Shown one piece after another: positions 45,276 to 55,900 of a DNA stretch of 64,000 nucleotides. A program made the position numbers and the translations under genes. Source of the DNA: a virus; the IMG/VR virus record IMGVR_UViG_3300045988_183931, positions 6,965-70,964 of that record; one strand, given 5' to 3'. A model generated the notes under the pieces. That model ran no database searches. It had not been told where the DNA came from and saw only the letters and a list, made by a program, of their open reading frames with translations. Positions within the stretch are counted from its first letter, which is position 1. Each line of letters starts with the position of its first letter.

Positions 45276-48200
45276 TTACTCGGCGCCATACTCCTTCTTG
45301 CGGCGGAACATGAACACCGCAGTGCCGCAGCAAGCAATGGCACTGAACGTACCCAGCATGGCCCACAGGCCGATGCCCTCATCGCCAGTCTGGACACTGT
45401 CGCGGAAATACACCGTCTGAGCACCGTCCATCAGGTCGTTGTGGGTAGCAATGACATTACCCGCCTCAGCACGACCCTCATACAGAGTCTCGAACACCAC
45501 GAGCGCATGGTCCTTCAGCTTGGATGCGTCGAACTTGAACGTAACATTCACAGCACCGTTGGAGGACTTGGGCGTAAAGGTCGTAGTAGCAGTTACCAGA
45601 TTACCCTTATTGTCCTTGAGGGCAACACCGGAATCCTTATCCATCAGCGTACCAACCAGTACGTAGGTCTTGCCCACAGTCAGGCCGGTATAGTTGACGG
45701 TGTCCACGATTTTTACGTTCTTACCAGCAACGGAGTTCTTCTTCTCCTTGCCATCGAAGGTAGCGGTGGTGGAAATGTTCGGACCGGAATAGGTCGGGAT
45801 GCGCTTGATGGTCACAGTCTGGTCAACATCGTTGATGTCGGCGTGAGTTGCGACCGTAGTGCCATTGCGGGTCAGGGTCTCGAACACGACCAGCGTCTTA
45901 CCGCCCAGAATGGATGCATCGAACACGAAACTCACATCCACAGTACCGTCAGAGGATTTGGCCTCGAACTCGGTAGTGGCGGTGATTTCCTTGTTGTTGC
46001 GGCCCAGAACAGGCTCACCTGTCGCCTTGTCCATCAGCTTACCGATTACGGTGTACTTATTGCCGGCAATCAGGCCCTTATAGGACACGGTATCGACCAG
46101 CTCGACCTTGCTGTAGGCCCAGAATTCCTTCTTGCCATCAGCAGCGTTCTTAGCGGTGGTCTTGATTTCAGGGCTGTTGACAGTCACAGTCTGGTCAACA
46201 TCGTTGATGTCGGCATGAACTGCGATTTCAATGTCCTTGTACTGCAGGGACTCGAATACAACGATAGACTGGCCACGCAGCAGAGATGCATCGAGCACGA
46301 AGAACACGTCAACGGTGCCATTGGACGCCTCAGCGGTGAAGGTAACGGAGGAGGTAATTTCCTTTCCGTCCTTATCCTTCAGGGGCTCGTTGGTGGCCTT
46401 GTTCATCAGCTTACCGGAGACAGTGTACTTCTCTCCAGCAATCAGGCCCTTATAGGACACGGTATCCTTGATTTCAGCGCGGGCTTCGGGGTCGAGGGTC
46501 TTGCCATTGGTGGCGTTGTTCACGGCCTTTGTACCGATTTCGGGAACGCCGATGGTGACGGTCTGCCCCTCATCGTTGATATCCTCGTGACTCACAAACA
46601 CGGGTTTATTGGAGTCGCCGGGAACAATCTCGTTGCCCAGATACACACGCTCGAATACCACCAGAGACTTGCCGGCCAGCTTGGAAGCGTCAAAGACGAA
46701 CTTCACATCCACCGTACCAGTGGCAGCTTCGGGAGTGAACACCTTGTAAGAGGTAACGGGGTCGCCGTTGGCATCGGTAACGGGCTTGCCGGTGGCCTTA
46801 TCCATCAGCGTACCGATAGCGATGAACTCCTTACCCACGGGCATATTCTCGTAGGAGATGGTATCCACCAGAATCACATCAGCCAGAGGCATGAACTCCT
46901 TGCCGCCAACAGCGTTCTTGGCCGTGGTGCCAATCTTGGGGTTCAGGATTACAACGGTCTGGTCAACATCGTTGATGTCAGCATGGGTAGCAACGACACG
47001 GTTTCCGCGCTTCAGGTCCTCGAAAACAACGATGGACTCGCTACCCAGCAGAGACGCATCAAAGGTGAACTCCAGCTCCACAAAGCCAGTGAAGTCGGCC
47101 TCAGCCTTGAAGGTCTTAGAGGCGGTAATGCGATTACCCTCGGCGTCCAGCAGAGGCTCGCCGGTGGACTTAACCACCAGATATCCCTCGACCGTATAGG
47201 TCTTGTTGGGGATAACATCGGTGCATTCCACCTTATCGACGATAGTGACAGTGGTGGCCGGAACGATTTCCTTGTTTCCTTCCTTGTCGGTTGCAGTAGT
47301 CTTGACCTTGGGAGTCACCGCCTCGTCCTCGGCGATGATATTCACAGTCACCAGACCGGTCTCGGCATCCAGAGAAATGGTATCGGGCGTAACGCTGAAG
47401 GTAATCGGGGTATCCATCAGCTCATAACCCTTCGGGGGTACGATTTCGACCAGATGATAGTTCTCGCCGTAAGGCAGAACCAGCGGGGTCACAAAATAAC
47501 CCTCATCATTTGTCTCGAATGTATCAATATAAGTTACCGTGGGGTAAGTGACCTTCTGGGACACCTTGTTCCCGTCAGGGTCGTAAATCTGGAACTTTGC
47601 ACCACCCCAAGGAATGACCTCGCCGTCAAGCTCATCGACCTTCACAACGCGCAGATACGCGGTAATAGGTCCGTTGTTGACAGCCAAGTCGTGATGGTCG
47701 TGGTCAACCTCGCCAACCAAAACGGTGAACTCAGGCGCGAGCCCCGCACCCTTATCGCCGGCCTTGGTCTGATGCACCACATAGGTGCCGTAGGGCAACT
47801 CGATGGACTTGCCGCTGTAACCCAAGTCGTTGGTCGTCAGGATGCCGCGCTCGTCATCCTTAGCGTTCTCGTAAGAGCCGGCGGACTGCAGCCAATACTT
47901 GAACTCTGCACCGCCCTCGAACTTAGCGGGACCGGAGGTGCCGTCGGAGATGAACTTGGTAATGGCGAATGTGCCGCGATTGATGACCTCGACAGAGGTA
48001 ATCTGGGGAGCAACGTTGTGTTCGATACGGTAATTCTCCGGCTCGGAGCCAACGCGATACACGCCCTCATCAATCTGATAGCCAGTGGGGGCCTTGATTT
48101 CACGGATGGTGTAATCATAGCCGCAGATGTACTCGTCAGTGGTGAACTTGCCATCGCTGCCGATAACGTACTCCTTCACCAGCTCGTCACCCTTATAGAG

Positions 48201-50942
48201 ACCGTACACAGCACCCTCAAAGACACCATCGCCGCGAGGGATGTTGCCAGTCTCGGCGTCCGTCTTCTCCACAGTGACCTTCCACTTCTTCAGTACGTTG
48301 GTCACAGCGGTGTCGGTAACTTTCTGGAACTCCACAACGAGACCTGTCTGCACGGCAGGAATAACATACTTCACCGCCGTATCGACTTCCTCCAGCGTGT
48401 AGTTGTTGCCAATCAGGACATCCTTGAAGATGGCAATACCGTCAGCGTTGGTGGTAGCAGTCAGGTCAACAGCATCGCCGGAGATGGCAGTGCCATGCAG
48501 CCGGAAGGTGATGCCCTCGACCATGCCGTCCTCAGAGGTCTTGGTAACGCGCAGGTCGCCGCGCTTGAGCTTGTTGTAGACATTCACGGGGGTGGTGTTA
48601 TCCAGAGTAACCTTCACACCGTTTGTCACAGCGGGAACGATATACTTGGCAGCCGTGTTCACTTCCTCAACGCTGTAGTTGTTGCCAATCAGAACGTTGT
48701 TGAAGGTGGCAACTCCGGCGTCATTGGTCACGGCGGTCATATCCACCGTCTCGCCGTTGATAGCAGTACCGGACAGGCGGAACGTGATACCAGCGACCTT
48801 GCCGTCCTCGGAGGTCTTCTTAACCTCAACGGCGCCGCGAGCCAGCTTATTGTGGAAGTTCAAGCTGGTGGTGTTGTTGAGCGTGACGGTCACATTGCTC
48901 TGGACAGCGGGAACAACGTACCGCTCGGCGGTGTTGATTTCCTGCACGGTATAGTTATTACCGATAAGGATTTCTCTGAACATGACGACGCCGTTCTCGT
49001 CGGTAGAAGCAGTTTCATTGACTGCTGCTCCGGAGATAGACGTACCGGTCAGCCGGAAGGTCATGCCTGCCACGAAGCCGTCCTCGGATGTCTTCGTGAT
49101 TTTCAGATTGCCGCGAGCCAGCTTGTTCTCGAACTGAGCAGGGGTGCTGGTGTTGTACTCAACCACCACGCCAGCCTGCACCGCAGGAACAACATACTTC
49201 GCGGCGGTGTTGATTTCCTCCAGCTTATAGTTGTTGCCCACAGGAACATTATTGAAGGTAGCCACGCCGTTGGCATCCGTCACAGCCGTCATGTTGACAG
49301 CCGTACCTGCTGCGGAAGTGCCGGACAGCCGGAAGGTGTGTCCAGCAATCTGACCATCCTCAGAGGTCTTAGTAACCTTCACAACGCCCTTCTTCAGTAC
49401 GTTGCTGAAGTTCACTGTCTTGAAATCGCCGATAGCGATGGTCACAGTTTGAGGCTGCGTCGGGATGTAGTTGTTAGGTGTATTCTCCGTTACTGTGTAA
49501 GTACCGGGCTGCAAATCGGTAATGGCAATCTTACCGTTCGCACCAGTGGTCACAGTCTTGCTGTAACCGTTAGGACCCGTGACCGTGAAGCTCACGCCGC
49601 CAACCTTGCCATCCTCTGAAGTCTTGGCAATGTTCAAATCGCCGGTAGTCTTTGTGACCTTGGCGCGGACGTAGGCAGTAACGGGGTCAGGTGTACCGTT
49701 AAGAGCAACGCAATCCTGCTTACTGCCGCCGGCAACAAGCAGATAGGCATTGACGCTATCAGGGTCAATCACATTGCCCTCAGAAGCATACGACGCAATG
49801 CCGTTCAGCATACTCTTCGCGGCTTCCGGAGTGGCTGTAATCGTAAGATTGTTTCCACTCTGGAAGGTGCTCACACCGGGCAGGCTGAACTCGAAGTCGT
49901 CAAAATTTCTCAGGACTCTGTAGGTGTCGGTTCTTGTCAGAGACCAAGAAGTACCATCCCAAGCCAGTTCGAAGTCGTTTCTCGTATCACGCGGACTCCT
50001 TACGGCAAAACTCGGTATAACGGTCTGCTGGTTAATCTTCTCCCAGATATAATCGTGTGCCGCCTTGATGGGCACAGCAACTTCAGGGTCATACTGATGA
50101 CCGGGACCCACAAACAGGTCACTCAGGTCACTGTAGCCGCCGACGATTTCCCAGATAACTTCCTGTGTGGCGCACCAAGCATAGGTGCCGTTGCCAGCAT
50201 ACCAGAGCAACGTTGAGTCATCTGCCCCACCGTAGCCATAGGCAAGCGCGAGGCGAACCCGCTGGTCTCCCCAATACGCGCTGGCATCAACGGAAGTTCC
50301 CGCGCCGGGGGAATCCTTGTGGGGTTCAATACAGTACGCCGGCTGGCCGTTGAAATATTTTACAACGGCACTGGAATAGGGTGCGAACTCAGCCATCCAC
50401 TTGCTGTTATAGCCCATGTCGTCACCGGTCGTAATGGTGCCCGATGCGCGAGCGGGAGCCCTCATTGCACTGATAGCTTTGGGGGCGTTCTGTGTAGACC
50501 CGTACAGGAAGGAAACGTTCACGGGAGTATTCTCTCCAGCGTAGGGGTCCTGAAGTCCCTCCTCCGTCACGGAAGATTTGACAGACTCATCCTTACCAGC
50601 CTCAGATTTAGCTTCACCCGGAGCAGCCTGCCCGTTTTCAGAGGAGCTCTCTTTGGAGGTGTCCTTCTTATCGGCACCGCCCTTAACATCATCCTCAACC
50701 ACGGAAGAATCGGACTTCTTACCGTCATCGGGATTCTTCGTGTCTTCTGTGGCGTTGTAGACCAAATCGCCGTCGCCAGAACCAGTATTTCCAACCTTCA
50801 CAGGGTCAGAAACACTTCCGATAACGACCGAATCGCCGCCGCCATCCGCGTCCGACGCATACACGGATGTCGGGAGCATTCCGACCACCATCACCAGCGT
50901 CAGCAGCATAGCAACAACGCCACGCATTTTCTTGTGTTTCAT
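45276..50942 (-). CDS. giant sortase-anchored surface adhesin (thioester domain + Cna-B/SpaA-type repeats + VaFE-like repeats)
   Basis: Signal peptide MKHKKMRGVVAMLLTLVMVVGMLPTSVYA. N-terminal YCIEPH...CATQEVIW (TQXA thioester-like). ~10 prealbumin-like repeats (TKTSEDG...). Repeats with a VVFE motif. C-terminal VQTG + hydrophobic helix + RRKKEY. Confidence 0.8.
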   Translation of the reverse strand: MKHKKMRGVVAMLLTLVMVVGMLPTSVYASDADGGGDSVVIGSVSDPVKVGNTGSGDGDLVYNATEDTKNPDDGKKSDSSVVEDDVKGGADKKDTSKESSSENGQAAPGEAKSEAGKDESVKSSVTEEGLQDPYAGENTPVNVSFLYGSTQNAPKAISAMRAPARASGTITTGDDMGYNSKWMAEFAPYSSAVVKYFNGQPAYCIEPHKDSPGAGTSVDASAYWGDQRVRLALAYGYGGADDSTLLWYAGNGTYAWCATQEVIWEIVGGYSDLSDLFVGPGHQYDPEVAVPIKAAHDYIWEKINQQTVIPSFAVRSPRDTRNDFELAWDGTSWSLTRTDTYRVLRNFDDFEFSLPGVSTFQSGNNLTITATPEAAKSMLNGIASYASEGNVIDPDSVNAYLLVAGGSKQDCVALNGTPDPVTAYVRAKVTKTTGDLNIAKTSEDGKVGGVSFTVTGPNGYSKTVTTGANGKIAITDLQPGTYTVTENTPNNYIPTQPQTVTIAIGDFKTVNFSNVLKKGVVKVTKTSEDGQIAGHTFRLSGTSAAGTAVNMTAVTDANGVATFNNVPVGNNYKLEEINTAAKYVVPAVQAGVVVEYNTSTPAQFENKLARGNLKITKTSEDGFVAGMTFRLTGTSISGAAVNETASTDENGVVMFREILIGNNYTVQEINTAERYVVPAVQSNVTVTLNNTTSLNFHNKLARGAVEVKKTSEDGKVAGITFRLSGTAINGETVDMTAVTNDAGVATFNNVLIGNNYSVEEVNTAAKYIVPAVTNGVKVTLDNTTPVNVYNKLKRGDLRVTKTSEDGMVEGITFRLHGTAISGDAVDLTATTNADGIAIFKDVLIGNNYTLEEVDTAVKYVIPAVQTGLVVEFQKVTDTAVTNVLKKWKVTVEKTDAETGNIPRGDGVFEGAVYGLYKGDELVKEYVIGSDGKFTTDEYICGYDYTIREIKAPTGYQIDEGVYRVGSEPENYRIEHNVAPQITSVEVINRGTFAITKFISDGTSGPAKFEGGAEFKYWLQSAGSYENAKDDERGILTTNDLGYSGKSIELPYGTYVVHQTKAGDKGAGLAPEFTVLVGEVDHDHHDLAVNNGPITAYLRVVKVDELDGEVIPWGGAKFQIYDPDGNKVSQKVTYPTVTYIDTFETNDEGYFVTPLVLPYGENYHLVEIVPPKGYELMDTPITFSVTPDTISLDAETGLVTVNIIAEDEAVTPKVKTTATDKEGNKEIVPATTVTIVDKVECTDVIPNKTYTVEGYLVVKSTGEPLLDAEGNRITASKTFKAEADFTGFVELEFTFDASLLGSESIVVFEDLKRGNRVVATHADINDVDQTVVILNPKIGTTAKNAVGGKEFMPLADVILVDTISYENMPVGKEFIAIGTLMDKATGKPVTDANGDPVTSYKVFTPEAATGTVDVKFVFDASKLAGKSLVVFERVYLGNEIVPGDSNKPVFVSHEDINDEGQTVTIGVPEIGTKAVNNATNGKTLDPEARAEIKDTVSYKGLIAGEKYTVSGKLMNKATNEPLKDKDGKEITSSVTFTAEASNGTVDVFFVLDASLLRGQSIVVFESLQYKDIEIAVHADINDVDQTVTVNSPEIKTTAKNAADGKKEFWAYSKVELVDTVSYKGLIAGNKYTVIGKLMDKATGEPVLGRNNKEITATTEFEAKSSDGTVDVSFVFDASILGGKTLVVFETLTRNGTTVATHADINDVDQTVTIKRIPTYSGPNISTTATFDGKEKKNSVAGKNVKIVDTVNYTGLTVGKTYVLVGTLMDKDSGVALKDNKGNLVTATTTFTPKSSNGAVNVTFKFDASKLKDHALVVFETLYEGRAEAGNVIATHNDLMDGAQTVYFRDSVQTGDEGIGLWAMLGTFSAIACCGTAVFMFRRKKEYGAE

Positions 50943-51479
50943 GGTATTTTTGTCTCCTTTCAATGAATGTAATTTAGAGAAAACCAGCCTTCTTATATTT
51001 ATCGGTTTCTTGTTATTGCCAATTTTGAAACTGATATTACAAGGAGGCGGATTGCCCTCCATGTTTTTATGGTAGCATAATCGCGCATATTGTCAACACA
51101 TCCAAGAACACAATTTGCAAAACGAATAAAACACATTGTTCAAGGCAAAAAAAGGAACAACAACAGAAGAACAGCGACCTAAGTCGCTGTTCTTCTGTTT
51201 TAGCAAATAGCTTACGCTGCGAAATAAACATAGAATTCGTGATGACCAGCCGAGGCATTCCATCTCGCAACACAGTTTACTGTAGCAGCTCACCCCTCAA
51301 CCTCCGGAGTCCATCGTCCGTTTTCAAAATGAGAGCGTAGGAAGCCGTTCATATTTCAAACACAAAAAAGCCGAGACACCACCTCGTTTCTGAAATGGCA
51401 TCTCGGCTCTTTGAAGTTTTGAGTTTTTTAGAAAATGACATCTACTCCCTTAGTCGAGGAAAACAACATAAGTCAGGAG

Positions 51480-52646
51480 TTAGAAGTACCAGACATACAG
51501 GACATGAAGACCATCAGAATCCACTTCAACAGCGCACTTAATTCCACTCGCAAAGGGCTGCCCATCAGCGCCAATTACGCCCTCGTCCATGTGAGTAAAT
51601 CCATTAGCCTTCACCAGTGCGGCTTTCGTATCATCAATCATAGACTTCATAACATTGATAGCACTGTCCTGTGTAGGTGGGTACTTATAAAGAAGGGATT
51701 CGTTTTCAAAAATGGCGGGAGGAAAATGACTGCGGCACTCTTCGGGATGACTCAAATCAAATCCCACACTCTTACCATACTCATTGCCGGCTGCAATTAC
51801 AGCGTTCCAATCAATGTTTGTTGCGGGTGTGGGGACAGAAGGAGCGGTAGGAGTCGTGGAGCCACCGCCCGTGGAACCAGTGCTTCCGGTGTTACCGGTG
51901 TTACCAGTGTTCCCAGCGTTGCCGCCAGAAGGAGCTTCGGGGGTGGTAATCTGCTTGTTGCTCTGGTAGTATGCCCACGCCTCATCAGCGGTGCGCCCAC
52001 CGGCGGCCTTCTTGGAGCCTGCACCCCACTGACCGTCCGCGCTTACGCCGTACCAGCGCTGGAGCTCCTTCACCTGTGCGGTGGTCAGAGAACCGTTATC
52101 GTAGCTGGGCGTTGCGGGTTTCTGGGGCTCCGGCTTAACCTCAGGCTTCGTTTCAGGCTTCGTCTCAGGCTTCGTGGTGTCCTGCTTGTTGTCAGCGGGC
52201 TTCTGAGTCTCCTGCTTGGCGTCGTCCTTCTTGGTCTCGTCCTTCTTAGTGTTATCCACCTTGGCGTCCGTCTTCTGGGCGTCGGACTTGTTTTCGCCAT
52301 CGGGCTTCGCAGCATCCTCAGACTTCTGAGTATCTGCCTCGGATGCGTCGGTCTTGTTCTCCGCATCCTTTTCCTCGGACTTCTCGTAAGCCGTGATGTC
52401 CGCCGCCTTGACGACCACCACGCCCTGCGTGTCCACCACATTGCCTTCGTCGTCCAGCGTGTAGTCGGTCACGGCGTTGCCGTCCTTATCCACCAGAACC
52501 TTCTCACCGGACTCGGTGGTCTGCACGTAACAGCCGATATCCTCTCCGGTCTTGGTCTCCTCGTCAGTCTTGTTGCCGCAGGCCATCAAACTCATGGTCA
52601 TCACCAGAGCCAGCAGCAGGGCGATAAAATTCTTCATCTTTTTCAT
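51480..52646 (-). CDS. lipoprotein with low-complexity Lys/Thr/Glu/Pro-rich region
   Basis: Lipobox LMACG after MKKMKNFIALLLALVMTMS. Repeats KPETKPETKPEVKPEP and NTGNTGNTGSTGSTG. RBS AAAGGA. Confidence 0.6.
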   Translation of the reverse strand: MKKMKNFIALLLALVMTMSLMACGNKTDEETKTGEDIGCYVQTTESGEKVLVDKDGNAVTDYTLDDEGNVVDTQGVVVVKAADITAYEKSEEKDAENKTDASEADTQKSEDAAKPDGENKSDAQKTDAKVDNTKKDETKKDDAKQETQKPADNKQDTTKPETKPETKPEVKPEPQKPATPSYDNGSLTTAQVKELQRWYGVSADGQWGAGSKKAAGGRTADEAWAYYQSNKQITTPEAPSGGNAGNTGNTGNTGSTGSTGGGSTTPTAPSVPTPATNIDWNAVIAAGNEYGKSVGFDLSHPEECRSHFPPAIFENESLLYKYPPTQDSAINVMKSMIDDTKAALVKANGFTHMDEGVIGADGQPFASGIKCAVEVDSDGLHVLYVWYF

Positions 52647-52754
52647 AGTTCTTGTCCTTTCATTCATTTCAAAATTTGCTCAGGGAATGTAATTAAATAA
52701 TAGACCGTGACGAGGTTTAAGCTGTGGAAAACTTGACATTATTTTTGATGTGCT

Positions 52755-52790
52755 TACAATAGCACGATTATAAAAAAATGTCAAGTGTGG
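52755..52790 (-). promoter_or_regulatory. putative promoter for lipoprotein gene (TTGACA ... TAATCGTGCTAT)
   Basis: The reverse complement reads ACACTTGACATTTTTTTATAATCGTGCTATTGT. Confidence 0.3.
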
Positions 52791-52975
52791 TTTTTGGGAA
52801 ATTTTTCGTTTTCTCTTCTTAAACCACAAAGTCTTGTGCCTCGCAAAGTCGGAAACCCCTTATGTTGCAACGGGTTTGCACGCTTTCCTTCCTTCTGTTT
52901 TCAATCAAATAATTTTTTCAAAAAAAATAGACCGGAGCCAAAACTCCGGTCTATTTAATACCTTTGGTCCTACGT

Positions 52976-55900
52976 TTACTTATTTTTCTTTCTTCTCTTG
53001 ACGTTGCTCACTACAACGACAATAATTGCAGTTCCCAAGGCAATCGAGCCCAAAGAGACATATTTGCCGACGCCATCGTCTCCAGTCTTGGGAGACGCGG
53101 TAACAGTCACAGTCTGTCCAGCATCATTGATGTCAGTATGGCTCAGGTACGGAGTCCCGTCCACACTTCCTCCGACATACACCTCCTCAAACACGACAAT
53201 CTTCGCACCCTTGATGTTCGACGCAGCGAAGGAGAATTTCATGTCGATGGAGCCATCGGAGGCCTTCGGGGTAAATGTCAGCTTGGAGGTTACTTCCCTG
53301 CCGCCCGCATCGCGCAGAGCCTCCCCCGTCTGAGCATCCATCAACCTGCCAACCAAGGTGTAATTCTGACCAACAGCCAACCCAGAATAACTCACGGTAT
53401 CAACGACCACAAGGCGAGAGGCGTAACCGCTGGACTTCGAGCCATTGGCAAATGTCGCCGTAGTTCCCATAGCAGGCCCGCTATAATGGATGCGGTCAAC
53501 AGTAACCGTTTGTTTCTCGTCCATTATGTCAGCGTGAGTAGTGACACTCATGTTGTTGTAGAGGAGCTCCTCGTACACAACGAGAGTTTTCCCCGCAACG
53601 GAACGAGCACCAAACACAAAGGAAACCGTCGTTGTTCCTTCGGCCTTTTCAGGAGTAAAGGTCGCAGTAGCGGTCAAGGGCTTTTTGTCCTTGTCCATGA
53701 CGGGTTTACCTTCGACCCAATTCTCACCAGATTTAACCTTTTCTACCAGAGTCCCGACCAAGGTGTACTCGTGACCGGGGATAAGTCCCTCATAGGTCAC
53801 AGTGTCCACCAGCTCGGCTTTCTCATACGGAGAGAAAGTCTTCTTCCCCGTAGAAGCATTGGCAGCAGAGGTCTTGATAGTGGGATTCAAAAAGGCAACG
53901 GTCTGCGCGGCGTCTTCCAAATCTTCATGGGTTGCCAGAGCCGCTTCATCGTCCTTGTTGTAATAGAGGTACTCAAACACAACAATATCCTTACCTGCGA
54001 GTGCCCTTCCGTCGAACTCAAACACGACATCAATAGAACCGGAGAGTTTGTCAGGCGTAAAGGCGGTGGTTGCAATAATAAAGTTGCCATCCTTATCCAT
54101 CACAGGTTTTCCAGTAGCCTTATACATCAGCTTACCAACAAGTGTGTACTTGTGGGCAGTAGAGAGGTGGTCGTATTTTACAGTATCAGTCAAAACAACC
54201 TTCTCCGTGGGGTCAACCAGCTTTTTCCCATCGACTTTGTTTGTTGCGATGGTTTCAACAATGACGGGCTTCTTAATCTCGACAGACTGGTTTTCATCGT
54301 TGATATCACGGTGAGAGGCGACGACCGTCTCTCCGTAGTACAAGTCCTCAAAAACGACCAGAGTGCGCCCAAAGAAATCTCGTGCATCGAATTTGAACTC
54401 GACAACCACAGAGCCGTTCTCGCTCTCTGGCGCGAACACTTTTTCAGCAGTGATGGACTTCCCCGCTGAATCCTCCACAGGTTTGCCCGTGGACTTATCC
54501 ATCAGAGTGCCAACGACCTTGTACGTATGTCCAGCAATGATGCCTTCGTAGTCCACAGTATCCTTCAGGATAACCTCGCTGGCGGGCTCAAACACCTTCG
54601 TGCCGTCAGCAGCATTTTCAGCGCAGGTCTTGATGGAAGATTTTACCACGGTCACAGTTTGGTCAGCATCCTCAATATCCTTGTGCGCCGCCACAGGTGC
54701 CTCGTCACCAGCAGTAAAGAACAGTTCCTCGAACACCACGATATCGCGTCCCTTCACGGCAGAAGCGTCGAAAGCGATAGCCGCAACAGCCGAGCCAGCA
54801 GTGCTTTCAGGCGTGAACTGCATCTCCGAAACGACGGGTATGCCGTTATTCAGAACAGGCTCGCCGGTAGTTTTATCAACCAAGCTGCTTCTTAGTGTGT
54901 AGGTGTGTCCAGTAGACAGGTGACGATATACCACAGTATCATTGATGGTAGAAGTTTCAGAGGCATCAATGAGCTTTCCTCCATCCACCGCGCTCAAAGC
55001 AACAGTCCGTACGATTTCAGGGTTGTGAACCGTAGTAGTCTGCTCCTCATCATTGATATCCTCATGGGACGCAATGACAGTTCCGTTGAAGAGTAGCTTC
55101 TCGAACGCCACGATGGTTTTGCCATACAACTCAGTTGCAGCGAAGGGGAATTCAACATCCACCGTGCCGCAGGGAGCATCAGGAGTAAACTCCACAGAAG
55201 AAGCCACGATGCTTCCCGCAGTATCCTTGATGGGCTTGCCGGTTCCCTTATCCATCAGAGTTCCGGTCACGGTGTATCTATGTCCCACAATGAGATTGTT
55301 GTAAAACACGGTATCCTTCAGCGTAACCGTCTGGTCCGGTTCAAAGACCTTGCCATTATCTTCTTTGTTCACGGCAACAGTCCTTACTTCAGGGCTTGTT
55401 ACAGAAACGGTCTGTTTTCCATCGTCGATATCCCTATGGACGGCGACCGGTTCAGTATCTTCGGAGTTGAAATAAATTTCCTCAAACACAACAATGTCTT
55501 TGCCCTTCAAGAAGGAAGCAGTGAAAACAAACTGCATATCCACAGAACCGCTTGCTTCCACAGGCGTAAAAGTCTGTTCAACTACAACTTCTGTGCCACC
55601 ATTTTTGATAGGTTCACCCGTTTCCTTGTTCATTAACGTACCGCGCAAGGTGTATTCGTGGCCAGCAGACAGATGCTCATACATAACAGTGTCGGTGATT
55701 TTCACATTGGCTGCGGGGTCAATCAGCTTACCGCCTCCAAGAGTTCCAACCGCCGTTGTGCCAGTGATGTTAGGCGCATAAACCGTCACCGTCTGTTCCC
55801 TGTCGTTGATATTTTCGTGAGAAGCAATCTCAGTGTCATTACAGAAAATTTTCTCGAAAACAACAATGTCTTTCCCGTACAACTCTGTGGCCGCAAAGGT

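Noticed and set aside
44733-49619. 1628-aa ORF on the + strand (and similar long + strand ORFs at 52964-54469, 55658-56353 and 58859-61912)
   Set aside because: They lie entirely antisense to the giant adhesin genes. They have no RBS and are low-complexity. They arise because the repetitive adhesin coding strand lacks stop-complementary triplets.
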